This document shows, piece after piece, positions 24,501 through 36,415 of a stretch of DNA of 64,000 nt. This DNA comes from Moniliella sp. 'wahieum' (taxonomy: Eukaryota). Where the stretch lies: positions 930,001-994,000 of the forward strand of contig RSEE01000006.1 in assembly GCA_003971905.1 (NCBI GenBank), written 5' to 3'. Every line of letters starts with the position of its first letter. The stretch's first letter is position 1. Both the position numbers and the translations under genes were made by a program. Under the pieces are notes generated by a model, which was not told the DNA's origin, made no database searches, and saw nothing but the letters and a program-made list of their open reading frames with translations.

Positions 24501-27145
24501 TCCCGATCCCGATCCTGATCCGGAGCCCAAGCCTGAGAAACTGTGTGCGGACGTGCGCGCCTCGGACCCAGGATCGGGCTGCCCTGCCAGCGTGTTGGCG
24601 CGGCTGGCCGACCTGCGCGGCACAGGCTGCAGTGGCGGCCGGGGCGGCGCCGAGACGGCGGTCGGGGTCAAGGCGCCGGCGCACGGACCAAGGGGGACAA
24701 GGAAGGGAGAAATGGGGTGAATCGGGCGCCGCGCGTGTCCGAGTGAGAACGAGGTCGGGTGGTGAAACGCGGGCTGGCGCTCGCTCCGGGTCGGGACCCC
24801 GTAGGAGCCGGCGGCGCAGGCACCGCTCGGCCGCTCCCTGCTTCCTCCGCCACGGGCGGTTCGACCCGAATCACGGGCGAGTCAGAGCGGAGGACCGGGT
24901 GGGCGGGAGGATGCGCGAGAGCGTGCACGGGAAGCGGAGAGGAGGCGCGCGAGGAGGGCGCACACGATGGTGCCCGCGATGGTGTCCGCGATGGTGTCCG
25001 CGATGGTGCCCGCGACGTTGACCCCGAGCCCGAGCCCGGGGCCGGACGAGAGGTGGAGCGGGAGCGAGACTGGGATGAGGCACGAGCCAAGCGGCGGGGA
25101 TCGACAAAGGCGGCCACATCGCTGGGATCAAACCGAAGATCGATCGTTGCGGCAGGCGCGTGGGCCAACGAGTCGGGCGGGCGGGTATAAAGCTGCTTTC
25201 GTGCGAAATGGGTGCGGTGGGACTACTAGCTCGATAAGGCGGCAGGGTGTAGGGATGGGCCGGAGCAAAGAAGGACCAAGGCCCACCCACCTCACCGGAG
25301 GTGAGGTGGGCAGGGACGGAGGATGCGGGGGGGTGGGGTGGGTAGCGAAGCGGAGGAGCGGGTGGGGTGGTGGGTCGGAGCGTGCGTGTGTGCATGTACG
25401 GGAGAAGTGGCGGGCAAAGGGAGGAGGGGCGGAGGCGGCGCCGCTGGCGCCGCTGGCGGCAGCAAGGAGATGGTGCAGCTGGGATTGAGCCTGGGAAGAG
25501 GCACGGGGCGTATGTTTTTGAACAGGCCTCCCAAATGGAGGCGGCGATGAGGGGGATCGGGGGCAGGCTCCTGGGCCTTGCCAGCGGGGCGCAGGGAAGT
25601 ATCCGACGAGGAAGGGCTGAGCACGGTAGTGAATCCAGTATCCAGCGACTGGTGCGACTGGGCGTCGTGGGCCGCATGCTTCTTGGACTGAAAGGGCAAA
25701 GGGGGGCAGATGTGAGCAACAGGGACGGTCAGAGAGGGGGGCAACGAAGCCTGCCCAGCCATTGAGGCTGGCGACGCAGCGCGACGACAAGGGGATTGCC
25801 TCGGAAAACGTACCTGGGAGAGGGAGCGGGTGACGGAGGCGGAGCGGGACGCGGAGGCGGAGGCTGATCGTGGGGTCGAAGCGGAGCGGGAACCAGGCGG
25901 CGGGCTGGGCGAATGGCGGGCGGGGGCCGTGCGCGGGGATGTGGGAAGAGATGGGGCATGCGCAATTGGAGGCAGAGGAGGGACCAAGGCCATTGCCTGC
26001 GTTGGCCAGCAGCGGGAAGAAGCCGTGGTGCGGCACGGGAGCGGGTGGGGCCAAAGACTCCGACGCATGGGTGCAGCTTGTGGTGGGCGACGTGGGCGAG
26101 GGGGGAGCTGTCTCAGGGTCAGGGGCATCTGAGTCGGGGTTTGCGAGCCAGGGCGGGGCGAGCGGAGGGGAGGCTGAGCCCTCGGGCAACGAGGCTTCGC
26201 CCGACGGCCGAGCCTCGATCCAGCCGGGCCGCTCGACGTCCAGGAAGCCGCAGCGGTGGGAGACGGCGGTTGGTACTGGGGCCTGAACTGTCCGCCTGGC
26301 TCCTCGGCGGTGCTGTCTCGGGTTCTTCCATGCCCAGCCCGAGTCCCAGGGCGCTGGGGGTGCTGTCGTAGCTGGAGTCCGCGTGTGAGAGCGGCGGGCC
26401 ATGGACGCGAGTACGGGTACCTGGAGGCATGCGGAGAGGGTGAGGGCGATGGGGACGGGACCGGGGAGAGGGCGAGCGCGGAGAGGCGGAGGCGGAAGCG
26501 GAAGCGGATGCAGATGCAGCCGCTGAGGCAGGCGCGTTCCAGCCACCGGGGTGGCTCGGCGGGATGAGGGGGGAGGGGGAGGGGGGCTACGGAGGGGCGG
26601 GGGCGCGGCGCGGAGGCGGCGGTCGCGGCCACGGCCTGCGCTCTGTGCGTTCTGGGGGGGGGCAGAGGGGGTGGGGTGGTGTGCTGAGGGTGGGTGGCGT
26701 GGGTGGCGTGCTTGAGGATGGAAAGGAGGGTGCCGCCGCTGCGCTTGGCGGTGCGGGCGACGAGAGTGGTGGGAGGGCGCGGAGGAGGCGGCGCCGGCGG
26801 AGGAGGTGGGGGGGTGGTGCTGGAGACGCTGACCGGCTGGACGAGCGGGCGGCGTTGGGGCATTGGGGGAGGGGGGGGGGATGGTGGGGGGGGATGCAGA
26901 TGGTGGGGATGCGGATGCGGATGCGGATGGATGCGGATGCGGATGGTGAGGATGCGGATGCGGATGGTGAGGATGCGGATGCGAAGGCCAAGATTGAGGC
27001 GGCGTGGCTTGGTGGGAGTACACCGGTGAATATTGAATGCCCGCCCATCCCTTGCAGCTGCCTCTTGCCTGCGCTCGCACCAGCCAGCGGCGGCCGTCTG
27101 GGACAGAGGAGAGGGTGCTGAGTCTGCGGCTGACTGTTCACTCAC
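18570..27145 (-). CDS. CYR1: Fungal adenylate cyclase (Cyr1/Uac1): G-alpha-binding, Ras-association, LRR, PP2C-like and class III catalytic domains
   Basis: WSAPDSWAV (~24440-24470); RA domain RVHLVRIWLPDGSFTTLGL (~23000-23150); long LRR ORF 21581-22933; PP2C-like LLGLFDGRG; catalytic IALCFTDIQNSTRLW and [45 protein letters not shown]. Heavily frameshifted; start and stop approximate. Confidence 0.93.
23735..23812. repeat. 9-bp tandem repeat (GAATGGTTC-like) in adenylate cyclase N-terminal region
   Basis: CCGAATGGTTGGAATGGGTCGAATGGCCCGAATGGTTCGAATGGTTCGAATGCGTTGAATGGTTCGA; one minus frame gives SNH-STH-SNH-SNH-SGH-STH-SNH-SGH. Confidence 0.85.
26907..26982. repeat. (GGATGC)n hexamer microsatellite
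   Basis: GGATGCGGATGC run interrupted by GGTGA spacers. Confidence 0.85.
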
Positions 27146-27517
27146 GCGTCACGCTGCCTCTCCACCCCAGCCCCCGCTCAGCACAGCGCCCCCGCGCCCC
27201 GCCCGGCCGCCGTCGATAACAACGATCATCGGCCACCCACCACTGCCCCCCCGCCGCCCCCGCCGACAGCACCACGCCAGACAGCCACACCCGACGGCAG
27301 CATCCGCATTTCAATTTCATTTCACCACGTGACATGTCGCATGGCCTGTGCCTGTGCGCCGCCCCGACGCCATCCCCACCGCCTGCCTGCCAGCCGCACG
27401 GGGGCCACCGCCATCGGTCCCCCCAGCAGAAACGTAGCCGTCCATAGATAGAAATACAGTATGCATCGCGCATCGTCCATCAAGTCATGGCCAGCGCGCT
27501 CAGTGCTCAACTCGAGC

Positions 27518-28685
27518 TCAGCCCTCAGCTCCGCCCTCAGCCTCAGCACTCGGCTGCCCCCCAAAGCGCAGGCGCTGGTACTCGGCATACGTCCTGGGCC
27601 ACGGCCCGGCGTTCATCACCGTGCACGCCCCGCCCCGCCCCGCCTCCCCGCAGCCTGCCCGCCCAGCATCTTCACAGCTACACGTCCCTCCCAGCCAGCG
27701 CGGCAGTGCGTCGGGCGCAGCCCACTCGCCCAACGCGTGCTGAAAGTCGCTGCCCTGGATGTCAATCTTGTCGCGCGTGGCGGGCGGCAACCAGGCCCGG
27801 ATCGAAGCAAAGATCTTGGCAAACACCCAGGGCGCATTGACAATCACAATCTGGCCCGACAGCTCGGGGAAAATCGTGTCGAGCAGGCTGAGCAGCGTGT
27901 TCAATTCGCTCTTCATCGCCCAAAACGTGCCAAAGCCCAAGCCTTGGACATTGATGATCATCAAGTGCTCGTCCACCGTGCGAGGCACCTGGGCCGAAGC
28001 CCACGCATATTGGTACCGTATCGCCCGCTCCAGCGTGACGGCAAGTTGGCCACAATCTCTGCCCCCGTGACCCGCCCAAAATCGCCTTGGTATCCACCTG
28101 CCCTAGATCTTGGATCAGAATCGGCCGGCCGAGCCGGTCGTCGGTCTTGTGGAAATACATGCGCCACCCGTGCTCGGCCACAAAGCAGGCGTGCTCCCAC
28201 TCCCACCCGCTCGCCAACTTGTCTTCCAACCCCAACGGCAGCACCCCCGCTTCGGCTTCCACCGCCGCCGCGGCCGGATCGTGCGGAGACATGTACTTGA
28301 ATCGATGCGCACTACGGTACATGTCCATCGCAGCCGGTACGTTCCAATCGCGCGCACGCAACCAGCGCAACAGATGAATCCGCTGTTGCGTCGCCAAGCT
28401 GGGCAGACCACCACGTGCCTCGACCTCGGCCGAGGGAGGGGCGGGCCCGCCAGCTCCCCTTCCTTCCCGGCCAAAGGGGCAGGAAGATGGGGCACGGCAT
28501 CGGGTCGGACGACGGCAGCAGGATGGATGCGGTCAACAGGCGTAGGGAACGCATGCAGCTCCGCCTGCTTGTGCAGCCCAACCACAAAATGCCCCAAGGC
28601 CGTCTCTTGCTCCGCAGTCAAGTTGCCCACATGGCCAGCAGAATGGCGGAGCTGGTGACCACGGGCTCCAGTCCATGGCGCTCAT
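27518..28685 (-). CDS. Sec14/CRAL-TRIO lipid-binding protein
   Basis: GHVGNLTAEQETAL; HLLRWLRARDWNVPAAMDM; YFHKTDDRLGRPILIQDLG; FPELSGQIVIVNAPWVFAKIFASIRAWLPPATRDKIDI; LPRWLGGTCSC. Frameshifted; start uncertain. Confidence 0.88.
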
Positions 28686-28849
28686 GGCGTGCGAGCTCGC
28701 GCGCAGGTGCCTTGGAAAGAAGCGAGCTGGGTATGGTGGCCGCTGCAGCGCGCACGCCCAGCTTGCCGACGCTGACGCCCCGGCAGACACGGGCGCAGAA
28801 CGTACGGCGACACCTTCTCGCACGGGCGCACAGGGCGTGGAGCCGCTGC

Positions 28850-29702
28850 CAAAGCTAGCGAAGGACCAGAGAGCGGGCTGTGCAGTCCAGGCGACGACGA
28901 AGCCAAGCCGGATTCCAACGCCAAGGGCCGTCGCTGACGATTCTGCCGACCCAGCCGTTGACGCAATCGTCCCACTCGATCGCTCCTGTCATCCGCGCGG
29001 TAGACAGGTGGGGGGCCAATGCCGCCGCCGCCGCTGGGTCCCGCAGCTTGCGTCGCAAGCGCAACGATGAGGGCCGGAAGAAAACAATTTGAGCGAAGAG
29101 CGGGAACGTTGGAGCGCACCGAGCGGGCCGAGCGAAGCGAGGCCGAGGCAGTAGAAGTTGCGGCTCGGCGCTGTGCCGCTGGGCGTCGTGCCGTTGGACG
29201 TCGTGCCGTTGGGCGTCGTGCCGTTGGGCGTCGAACGAAGCGGCACGCCAGCTCCAGCTAACTCCAGCTCCAGCTCGCGCGGCATCGTCCACAGCCGCCC
29301 GCGATTGCAGTGGGTTGCGACCCTGCCAGCGTGGCCAGCCGCTGGTCCAGCAGCGAAGCAGGCGCACGTGCGCACGGCCACGCTCCCACTCGCCACTGGG
29401 AGCAGAGCGGGGAGGGGAGCGGACGCGGCGCGGGAATGGGGCGAAAGGGGGGAGGAGCCTACGACGCGGCGCGAGAGGGGGTGTCATGGGACACGAGCGA
29501 TTTGAGCCGGCCGTGATGGGGGCGGGACGAAGGGGGAGTGGATGCGGGGAGGCAGGCGGCGGGGTGAGGGGGGCAGTGGTGTGGTGGCGAGTGTGATGGG
29601 GTGGAGCATCGGGGGCAGAGACGTGGTGCTGCTGTGGGCGGGCGAGGGATGTGTGGGCGGTGTGGAAGTGTCGATGCTGGGGAGCGGCTGGAACGGGGGC
29701 AT
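28850..29702 (-). CDS. Possible hypothetical protein (Pro/Thr-rich)
   Basis: MPPFQPLPSIDTSTPP start, then minus-frame pieces (RGRLWTMPRELELEL, TPNGT repeats, GAIEWDDCVNGWVGRIV). No family recognised. Confidence 0.3.
29172..29232. repeat. 15-bp tandem repeat x4
   Basis: GTGCCGTTGGGCGTC-like units; TPNGT repeats on the minus strand. Confidence 0.85.
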
Positions 29703-30897
29703 GGAGCCAAGGCTGGCGGGGGTGGTGGAGGGGGTGGCCGAGGCAGTCTTGGTGCGGGGCGGGACGGGCGCGGTGGGGGAGGCTCAGCGCGCAGCTTGCG
29801 CTGCAGCCCACCATTGGCTGAGGTTCTTGATGGTCAGATTCCTCTCTCTGTACTACTCTACTGGTGTCATATCGTTTACAGACCAAGAAACGCTATGCCT
29901 CCACCGACCTGCTCGGCCTACGTGTGCTGCTCGTTGGCCTCAAACCGGTTAGGAAGCCAGAGGAGCTGGTAGCAGATTCTGGGCCCGCCATCCGTGTCCA
30001 TCCCCGAGGGTAGCGCGCGTGGATACAAACGAGCGTGGCAGACACTCGAGCGTACAACGTTCAGGTGAACGGTGAATCATCGACACTCCGTGAGACTGAC
30101 TGATGATATCATTTGCTGAACGTAAGCTGGGACAAAGAAAGAAACGCAGCTTGACCCTCTTGATTCAAAAAATGGGACAGCGGGTGTCATCAAATGGTGG
30201 TAACTCCACAGCGTAAGCAATGCCAGCGCAGCCCGTCAGCCAGCCAGCGCAGCGCAGCCCGTCCAGCGTATGGGCGCGAACATTCAGCCTACCCTTAGCC
30301 CTAGTCTCCAACGTGGAACAGCGGAACGGCGGACGATAGAACGGTGGCTATGCGATCCCGATGGAAGGCGCCGATGGAACGGTGGCTAAGGTGACTACGG
30401 TGGCCCCAGCCTGGCCCAGCACCCACACCTAGTAGCCAACCGTATGTAAAACTGCAAGGCCCGTCTGCAACCCTACAGTTCTGACCTAAGCAGTCCAGCC
30501 ACCCACCGCCAGTCTCGTCACGCGTCACGCGTCACCCCCCCGCCAACAAGAGATGCAGAGCACTGGTCCCCCGGGCAACTTCTAAGAGTGCTACTATTCT
30601 CTTGTCGAGAAGGGGCTATGTAGCAGCGTCAGTGTGAGCAACAAACCAAGCAGTGTATGGGGAGATCACAAAACTAGCCCGAAGCCACAGTCAGTTTGTC
30701 GACGGCTGGTAGGGTCGCAGGTTGGGAAAGAGTAGCTGTTGCCGTCGATCTCCTCGGAAGTGTGTTCCGCTCCTTCTCAAGAACTACACCAGCTCACAGA
30801 GGCCTATACCCATCACCCTTGGTTCATAATCTTTCTTTCATGGCTCCAGATCAGTCCAATGGGATTTCGGGAGAGGCATCAAGAAAATGGCAGGGCT

Positions 30898-31522
30898 TTA
30901 TGGCAGGGCCCGCTGCCCCCCCACCGCATCGCGGTCAAATCCATGCTGCTTGAGGCGGTTGCCCACCACCTTGTACCCACGAGGACTGGTGCGGCCCAGC
31001 ACCCCCCGAGATGACGTTGCCACGTTCATTGACCCACAGCGCGTCCCGGGCGTGCAGCAACTTGTGCTCCGGCGACAGATCCAACCGACGCACATTGTCC
31101 ACCCGGACCAACTCCTTCACTCGGAGCAGTTCACCCGCCACCGAGGCATGCTGCGGCAGGTAAACCGCATGCATACGGTGCCGCAAGCCCAACGCAGCAA
31201 TGACCCGACGCAAAAACCAGGGGGTACCCATCATACCACGGGCTTGCACCACGCGGAAATGGGTCGTAGGCCCCGGACCGAATTGGACGGGCCCGGCAGC
31301 GTCGGCGTCATGGGCAGAGGCCAGCTTAGGGGACGCCTCCTTCACCAATTCTTTGGTAAACGCCTTAGAAGGGTTATGAGCAGGGAGCGCATCGCCATCA
31401 ATCACCTCTTGCGTAGGCGCAGCCATCTGGTTGGTCCACGTCGAGGAGTGGCGCCCACCCAACAGGGCACTCGGGCGCATCGCCGCAAGCGGTGTCCGGA
31501 TCAGCAACGTGCGAGACAGCAT
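30898..31522 (-). CDS. MRPL33: Mitochondrial ribosomal protein uL30m (yeast Mrpl33 family)
   Basis: Arg-rich presequence MLSRTLLIRTP; L30 core THFRVVQARGMMGTPWFLRRVIAALGLRHRMHAVYLPQHASVAGELLRVKELVRVDN. C-terminal GYKVVGN lies in a shifted frame. Confidence 0.88.
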
Positions 31523-32341
31523 GGTGAACTTTGGGGGGAATCAAACAGGATACAATGTCAGCCTGGTTCCCATTCGATTGAAGGAGCACGCGGGGGCAAC
31601 GTGGGTCGGGAGCAGCGAGGGACACTTGCGGCCAACAGGGACCGAATCAGTCCTACCCTCCCTAGCCCAGAGGAAGGAGGCCATTTTCGGTGCCAATTCG
31701 ACCCGCCCCCACCAGGTCGGAGATGCGGGTGTCCCATCGCCACGGGGATCGATGCAGAACATACCTGAGGCTGGTTTCCCAAGGAAGATGGTGCGGCACC
31801 GCGATGGAGACGACGTTGGACTGGCTCGCGGCAAATGGAGAAGGAATCTGGCCGCGGAACTCAGGTGGCTGAAGTTGAAATCCAGGAGCGGAATGAACAA
31901 TTACCCCGGACTCTCGGCGGGGGTGACTTATTTGTGGCCTAGTCGGACGCAGTGTTTTTTCCAGGCCTGCATATCTTCCGGGTTGGAAACCAGAATGGCG
32001 TGGGTGGGAGGGTACTGACCTGCAGACAAGGCCAATGGTATCCTAAGGGGGTGTACATCACTTGGCACAAATGTCGGTCGGTTGATGGAGCCTGGGGGAC
32101 GAAGCGTTATTTATCCTGTAGTGTGCGTATACAAAAAAGTCTTGCAAAAAATCTATGTAGAATCAAAGAGGGGGGGAGAAAGGGGGGCAATTCACATCAA
32201 GGGATAAGGGCACGTTGTTCGGACGTATTAGAAGAACTCGGCATCCTTCGGGATATGATGGAAGCGAGATTAAGCCCACAACAACAAAACTAGGGCTGGC
32301 AGTTACGCGTCTGTCTGCTACACTTTTTAAGAAAATACAGA

Positions 32342-32427
32342 GGGCGGATAGCTCAGTTGGTAGAGCGCACGCTTTGCATCTCGTCTGCGGTTGTGTGAGG
32401 TCTGGGGTTCGATTCCCTATTCGTCCA
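32342..32427 (+). tRNA. tRNA-Ala(UGC) with 13-nt intron (32379-32391)
   Basis: Acceptor stem GGGCGGA/TTCGTCC with G3:U70 Ala determinant; D arm GCTC/GAGC; anticodon stem CACGC/GTGTG, anticodon TGC at 32375-32377; T loop GGTTCGATTCC. Mature length 73 nt; T-run terminator follows. Confidence 0.95.
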
Positions 32428-32681
32428 TCCTTTTTCCTTTTCTTCCCCGCCGCCGCACACTCGCTAAAAGTTCGGAGGCACCAGGGACGCGTCCAGCTGC
32501 TGGGCGATCTTAGTAACCAAGAAGCACAGATGCGAAATGATTTTAACGACCACTCTGTTACAACTCTCTTACATTCAAGGCCAAATACCTGAGGACAAGC
32601 ATGTTTCTACGGAGGCCAGAGATAGAGGTAGATCATCATGGAAATGACTACAATTTTAAAAGGCAAGGCGCCAACTGCCCA

Positions 32682-33449
32682 TTAAAGGGCCTTCTTGGCA
32701 GCCTTAGCCAGGTGGGCCGAGTACTCCACAAAAGGAGTAGGGGGAGGAGGAATGTTGTTCCACAGGTTGGGCGTAAGGAAACCGTACGTCTTGGACACAG
32801 CCTCGAAAGTAGCCTTGATGAAGTTACCCATCGTGGCGGTCTGGCCAGACGACTGCGTGTAGCAGTCAGTCACACCGGCGAGCTGAAGCATGCGCTTCGA
32901 GGCGGGAGCAGCCACGATACCCGTACCACGGGGGGCAGGGACGAGACGGCACATGACCGACGCGGTCTTGCCGCTGACCTTCATGGGAACCGTGTGGGGC
33001 TCACCAAGAGCGGCGCCCCAGTACCCACGACGGACAGGGATGACCGAAAGCTTGGCCAGGTTAATCGCAGCGCGAATGGCGGTGGCAACCTCCTTGGCGC
33101 ACTTGACACCAAGACCCAAGTGACCATCCGAGTCACCGACGGCGACGAACGCCTTAAAGCGGGTACGCTGGCCAGCACGCGTCTGCTTCTGGACAGGGTG
33201 GATCTTCATCACCTCGTCCTTCAGCTTGGGAAGGAGCAGGTCCACAACCTGGTATTCCTTGATCGGGAGCGAGAAGAGGTAGATTTCCTCAATCGACTTG
33301 ATCTTGCCGTCCTTGACCAGACGACCGACCGAAGTAACGGGAACCCACTCCTCCTTCTCGCCACCACGCGCACCACGGCGCCCACGGCGGCCGCGGCCAC
33401 CACGGTCACGACCAAACCCACCACGTCCACGAGGAGCAGCGTCAGCCAT
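32682..33449 (-). CDS. RPS2: 40S ribosomal protein S2 (uS5)
   Basis: Intact [87 protein letters not shown]. Confidence 0.98.
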   Translation of the reverse strand: MADAAPRGRGGFGRDRGGRGRRGRRGARGGEKEEWVPVTSVGRLVKDGKIKSIEEIYLFSLPIKEYQVVDLLLPKLKDEVMKIHPVQKQTRAGQRTRFKAFVAVGDSDGHLGLGVKCAKEVATAIRAAINLAKLSVIPVRRGYWGAALGEPHTVPMKVSGKTASVMCRLVPAPRGTGIVAAPASKRMLQLAGVTDCYTQSSGQTATMGNFIKATFEAVSKTYGFLTPNLWNNIPPPPTPFVEYSAHLAKAAKKAL

Positions 33450-35742
33450 ATTGAGTCTAAGGCCAGTGGGAAACGAAGTTAGCAATGTCCGGCCAGTGGG
33501 CCAAGGTAACGGGAAGGGTAACTGACCTTGCTTTTGCGTCGAACTGCTTGGCGCTAGGAAGAGGACTGACAGGGACGACAGACGCACGGGTATCAGGACT
33601 CCAAAAGGCAATGAACAGGGTTGCCGGGACACTTGCCTGGTGCTGCCAGCGAATTTAAATTCGCCGCAGTCATCGCCATACCGTCGCTCTCCTCTCGTGC
33701 TAAAAAAAACTGAACCTGGAATATCCCTGGTTGAACGTTGAATCTTTCACTTTTCATATCGGTAGGGAGGGCGCGGGAGGGCGCAGAGACGTGGCACTGG
33801 GCGGGCATGAGGGAATCGGAGTCTTTTGACCAGCTTCTCATCGACCTGCAAGCGCCAGGCGGTTTTCTATCGAGCGGCACAGTAGGCCCAGCACCATCGT
33901 TGTGCATCGTGAGGATGATCGATCATCCCAGGAATCCCCAAGGTAGCACTCCTCTTGCTTCCCTCCCCCATCACGCGCATCACGCGTCCCGCTGTCAGCC
34001 TGTCACATGTCACATGTCAAGCTGTCACTTGCCATAGTTTCAACGTTCAGTATTCAATCAAGTTGTTGCGTCGCACGTTTTCTGAACGTTCAACTGAACG
34101 GTTGGACTCACCTTCAAGCTTGTTTGTGTTCAACGCTCACTTCAATAACAGCCGCCCCAAATGGTCGCCCTTGTATAATCAGCTGAATCAATCCATGGAG
34201 GTCATCTGGGGTCGCCATGGGGCCTGGGGGACCGCAGCCACCATCGCTGCGTTTGCCAATTTTGTCGATGATTGTGGACTTGACTGGACTTTTGGCCTAC
34301 TTTTTCTGTTTGTTCATTATACGGTGGAGAGAGAGGCAAAGATACCAGCGAGACAGTATCCTCTTCAGCATGCCTCTCACCGCCTCATCTCATATCCCCT
34401 CAGATCCCTCAGGCCTCATAGATCTCATCGCCGATTTCTTCCTTGCCATGTGCAAGTATGATTCTGATAAGCTATGTGTGATGCATGATGAGACCTGGAG
34501 TCCGGATGGTCCTCGAGGGTAATGCAATCGCACTGCTGGCGCAGTGGTGGTGAACCACCATTCCTCGGGATCGAGGCAAGTAGAGGCAAGGAGAGTATGA
34601 GCGCGATACAGGTGGAGCCGATCGCCCTTTCTGCGATACCATTGTGGAGGCACTTTCACCTGGATCAAATGGTGGTTTCGGTTACGGGCCGTGTTCGTTG
34701 TATATCTCCATTACTGCATGTGGCAGAAGTCAGTTCGGGAGCATTGTCGGAGTAGACCACCTGGAAGGGTCAATCAGGGTGCTGGCATTGTTCACGGGTA
34801 ATCAAGTGGGGAATACATACAGTCGCTTCCCTTTAGAGGGAAGAGGGAGGAAGAAAACGTCCCGCGGACGTCATCGACGACAAGTAACCCCCAGTCGTGT
34901 CCACCGCCACCTTGCGAGGAATGTAGAGACCACATCGATATGGATCAGGGAAAGTAGGTCGGGTGGTTCCTGTAATATTGTGAGAACGAGAATGAGGGGC
35001 TGTGGCATCCGCCTGAATACAGGAAGGGCAATCCCAGTGGCGTCGAACGGTCGCTAATCTTGAGAGAAGATAAAAAGTGAAGGGGGAGATAGGCAATAAG
35101 CAGTTAATTAAGTGAGCTGGTCAAGGGAGAGATGCTTCCACTAACTACTCATGGGCTGGCTCGGCTCGGTGGACCTTGTCGACAAAACGGTAGAGGATGG
35201 TTCAATGAAATGAGCACTATTGGTTTGGGAGACGGAGGGGAGAAGGGGTTGGAGGAACATTTTGTAGTTAGCATCCGTAACAAGGCGGGGCGGGTGACAA
35301 GAATGCGTTCATCAGAACTTCCCCCACCCTGGCGAAAATTATTACCGCTCAGAAAAGTAGCATGTGCCGGGGAGGAGGCGGCACCTCGGGACCAGCGCCC
35401 GCCTCGGGAAGACCCACATCGGGAACTATAGTGTCGGTGCAACAACCGTGTCTCTGATAAGAGGAGGGAGAAAAAGACGGCGGGCGATAAACCGCAGACG
35501 GATGAGTGAATTGCCACAAGCGTCGAGAGTTCCTCTCGTATGTTTTGTCGGCATACGAGATTGGCATGCCTTTCTTCTGTATCGCGTTAATGAACGCTGT
35601 GTACAGAGACGGTCGTCTGGAAGAGGATAGCTTGGCAGCCATAAATTGGTTTTGTGTACCAGCAGGCGATATGTTGCTGAACAAATTGGGCCTCAGTCCA
35701 CCAAACGAAGGAAAGACTAACCAAGGAGGTCGATCTCATCGT

Positions 35743-35802
35743 GTTGGTTTCCTCTGACGGAGGACTGTGACCGTTGGTTTCCTCTGACGGAGTAATGTGG
35801 CT
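35743..35802. repeat. 30-bp tandem duplication
   Basis: GTTGGTTTCCTCTGACGGAG occurs twice, 30 bp apart. Confidence 0.8.
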
Positions 35803-36319
35803 GTAGCGTTCCCGGAGGAAGGAAAAAAGGAATGATGCACACGATAATCCACGTCACTCTCATGGAATGAATCATGAACTGTGTATAGTGTAGTCTATGT
35901 CGTAAAGGGGTTCAAAAAGAGCTTAGGGTCTAGGCCAGGTTTGTACTGAGTGCAAGTAGGCCCAAGCTCAACAATCTCCCTTGCCCCCCACAATGTCCCG
36001 TTCCATGGCTGCAAGAAAAGCACTTCTTTGGCCCGACGGCTAGAATGGTTGTCCGGCTTTGAATTTTCCGTCTTTGTCCAAAAAGTGGTATTAGTCAGAG
36101 TCTTGAAAGCGGAAACCGTCTCATGATCCATGCCTTCGTCACTGAGTCGCCGAAACAAAAAGTCATTTGTGCCCGAAGCCCAAGATCCCTGCCGTAGAGG
36201 CTAGCGGCATGATAACTGATCTGGTTCCATGGCACGCCACCGTCGCCAGTCAATACATTTTGCCTGTTGACGGCGGCATCCAGATGTCAGCACCCCACAG
36301 TTTTTCCGCCACGCCCATG

Positions 36320-36415
36320 AGACGTTCCGCAGACAAGCCGATACTGCGCAGAGACGTTCCATAGACAAGCCGATACTGCGTAGAGACGTTCCACCAGACA
36401 AGCCGATACTACGTA
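36320..36415. repeat. 32-33-bp tandem repeat x3
   Basis: GAGACGTTCC(gc/at/acc)AGACAAGCCGATACT(g/a)CG(c/t)A three times. Confidence 0.9.

Noticed and set aside
25128..27145. Long 650-aa and 617-aa Pro/Arg-rich ORFs as separate genes
   Set aside because: Stop-poor GC-rich low-complexity frames overlapping the presumed adenylate cyclase N-terminus.
32601..33482. 293-aa plus-strand ORF
   Set aside because: Antisense shadow of RPS2 caused by codon bias; the same applies to 53618-54703 opposite UBP15 and 48837-50054 opposite the BRCT gene.
36320..36415. 32-33-bp repeats as a CRISPR array
   Set aside because: Units are head-to-tail with no unique spacers, there are no cas genes, and the context is eukaryotic.
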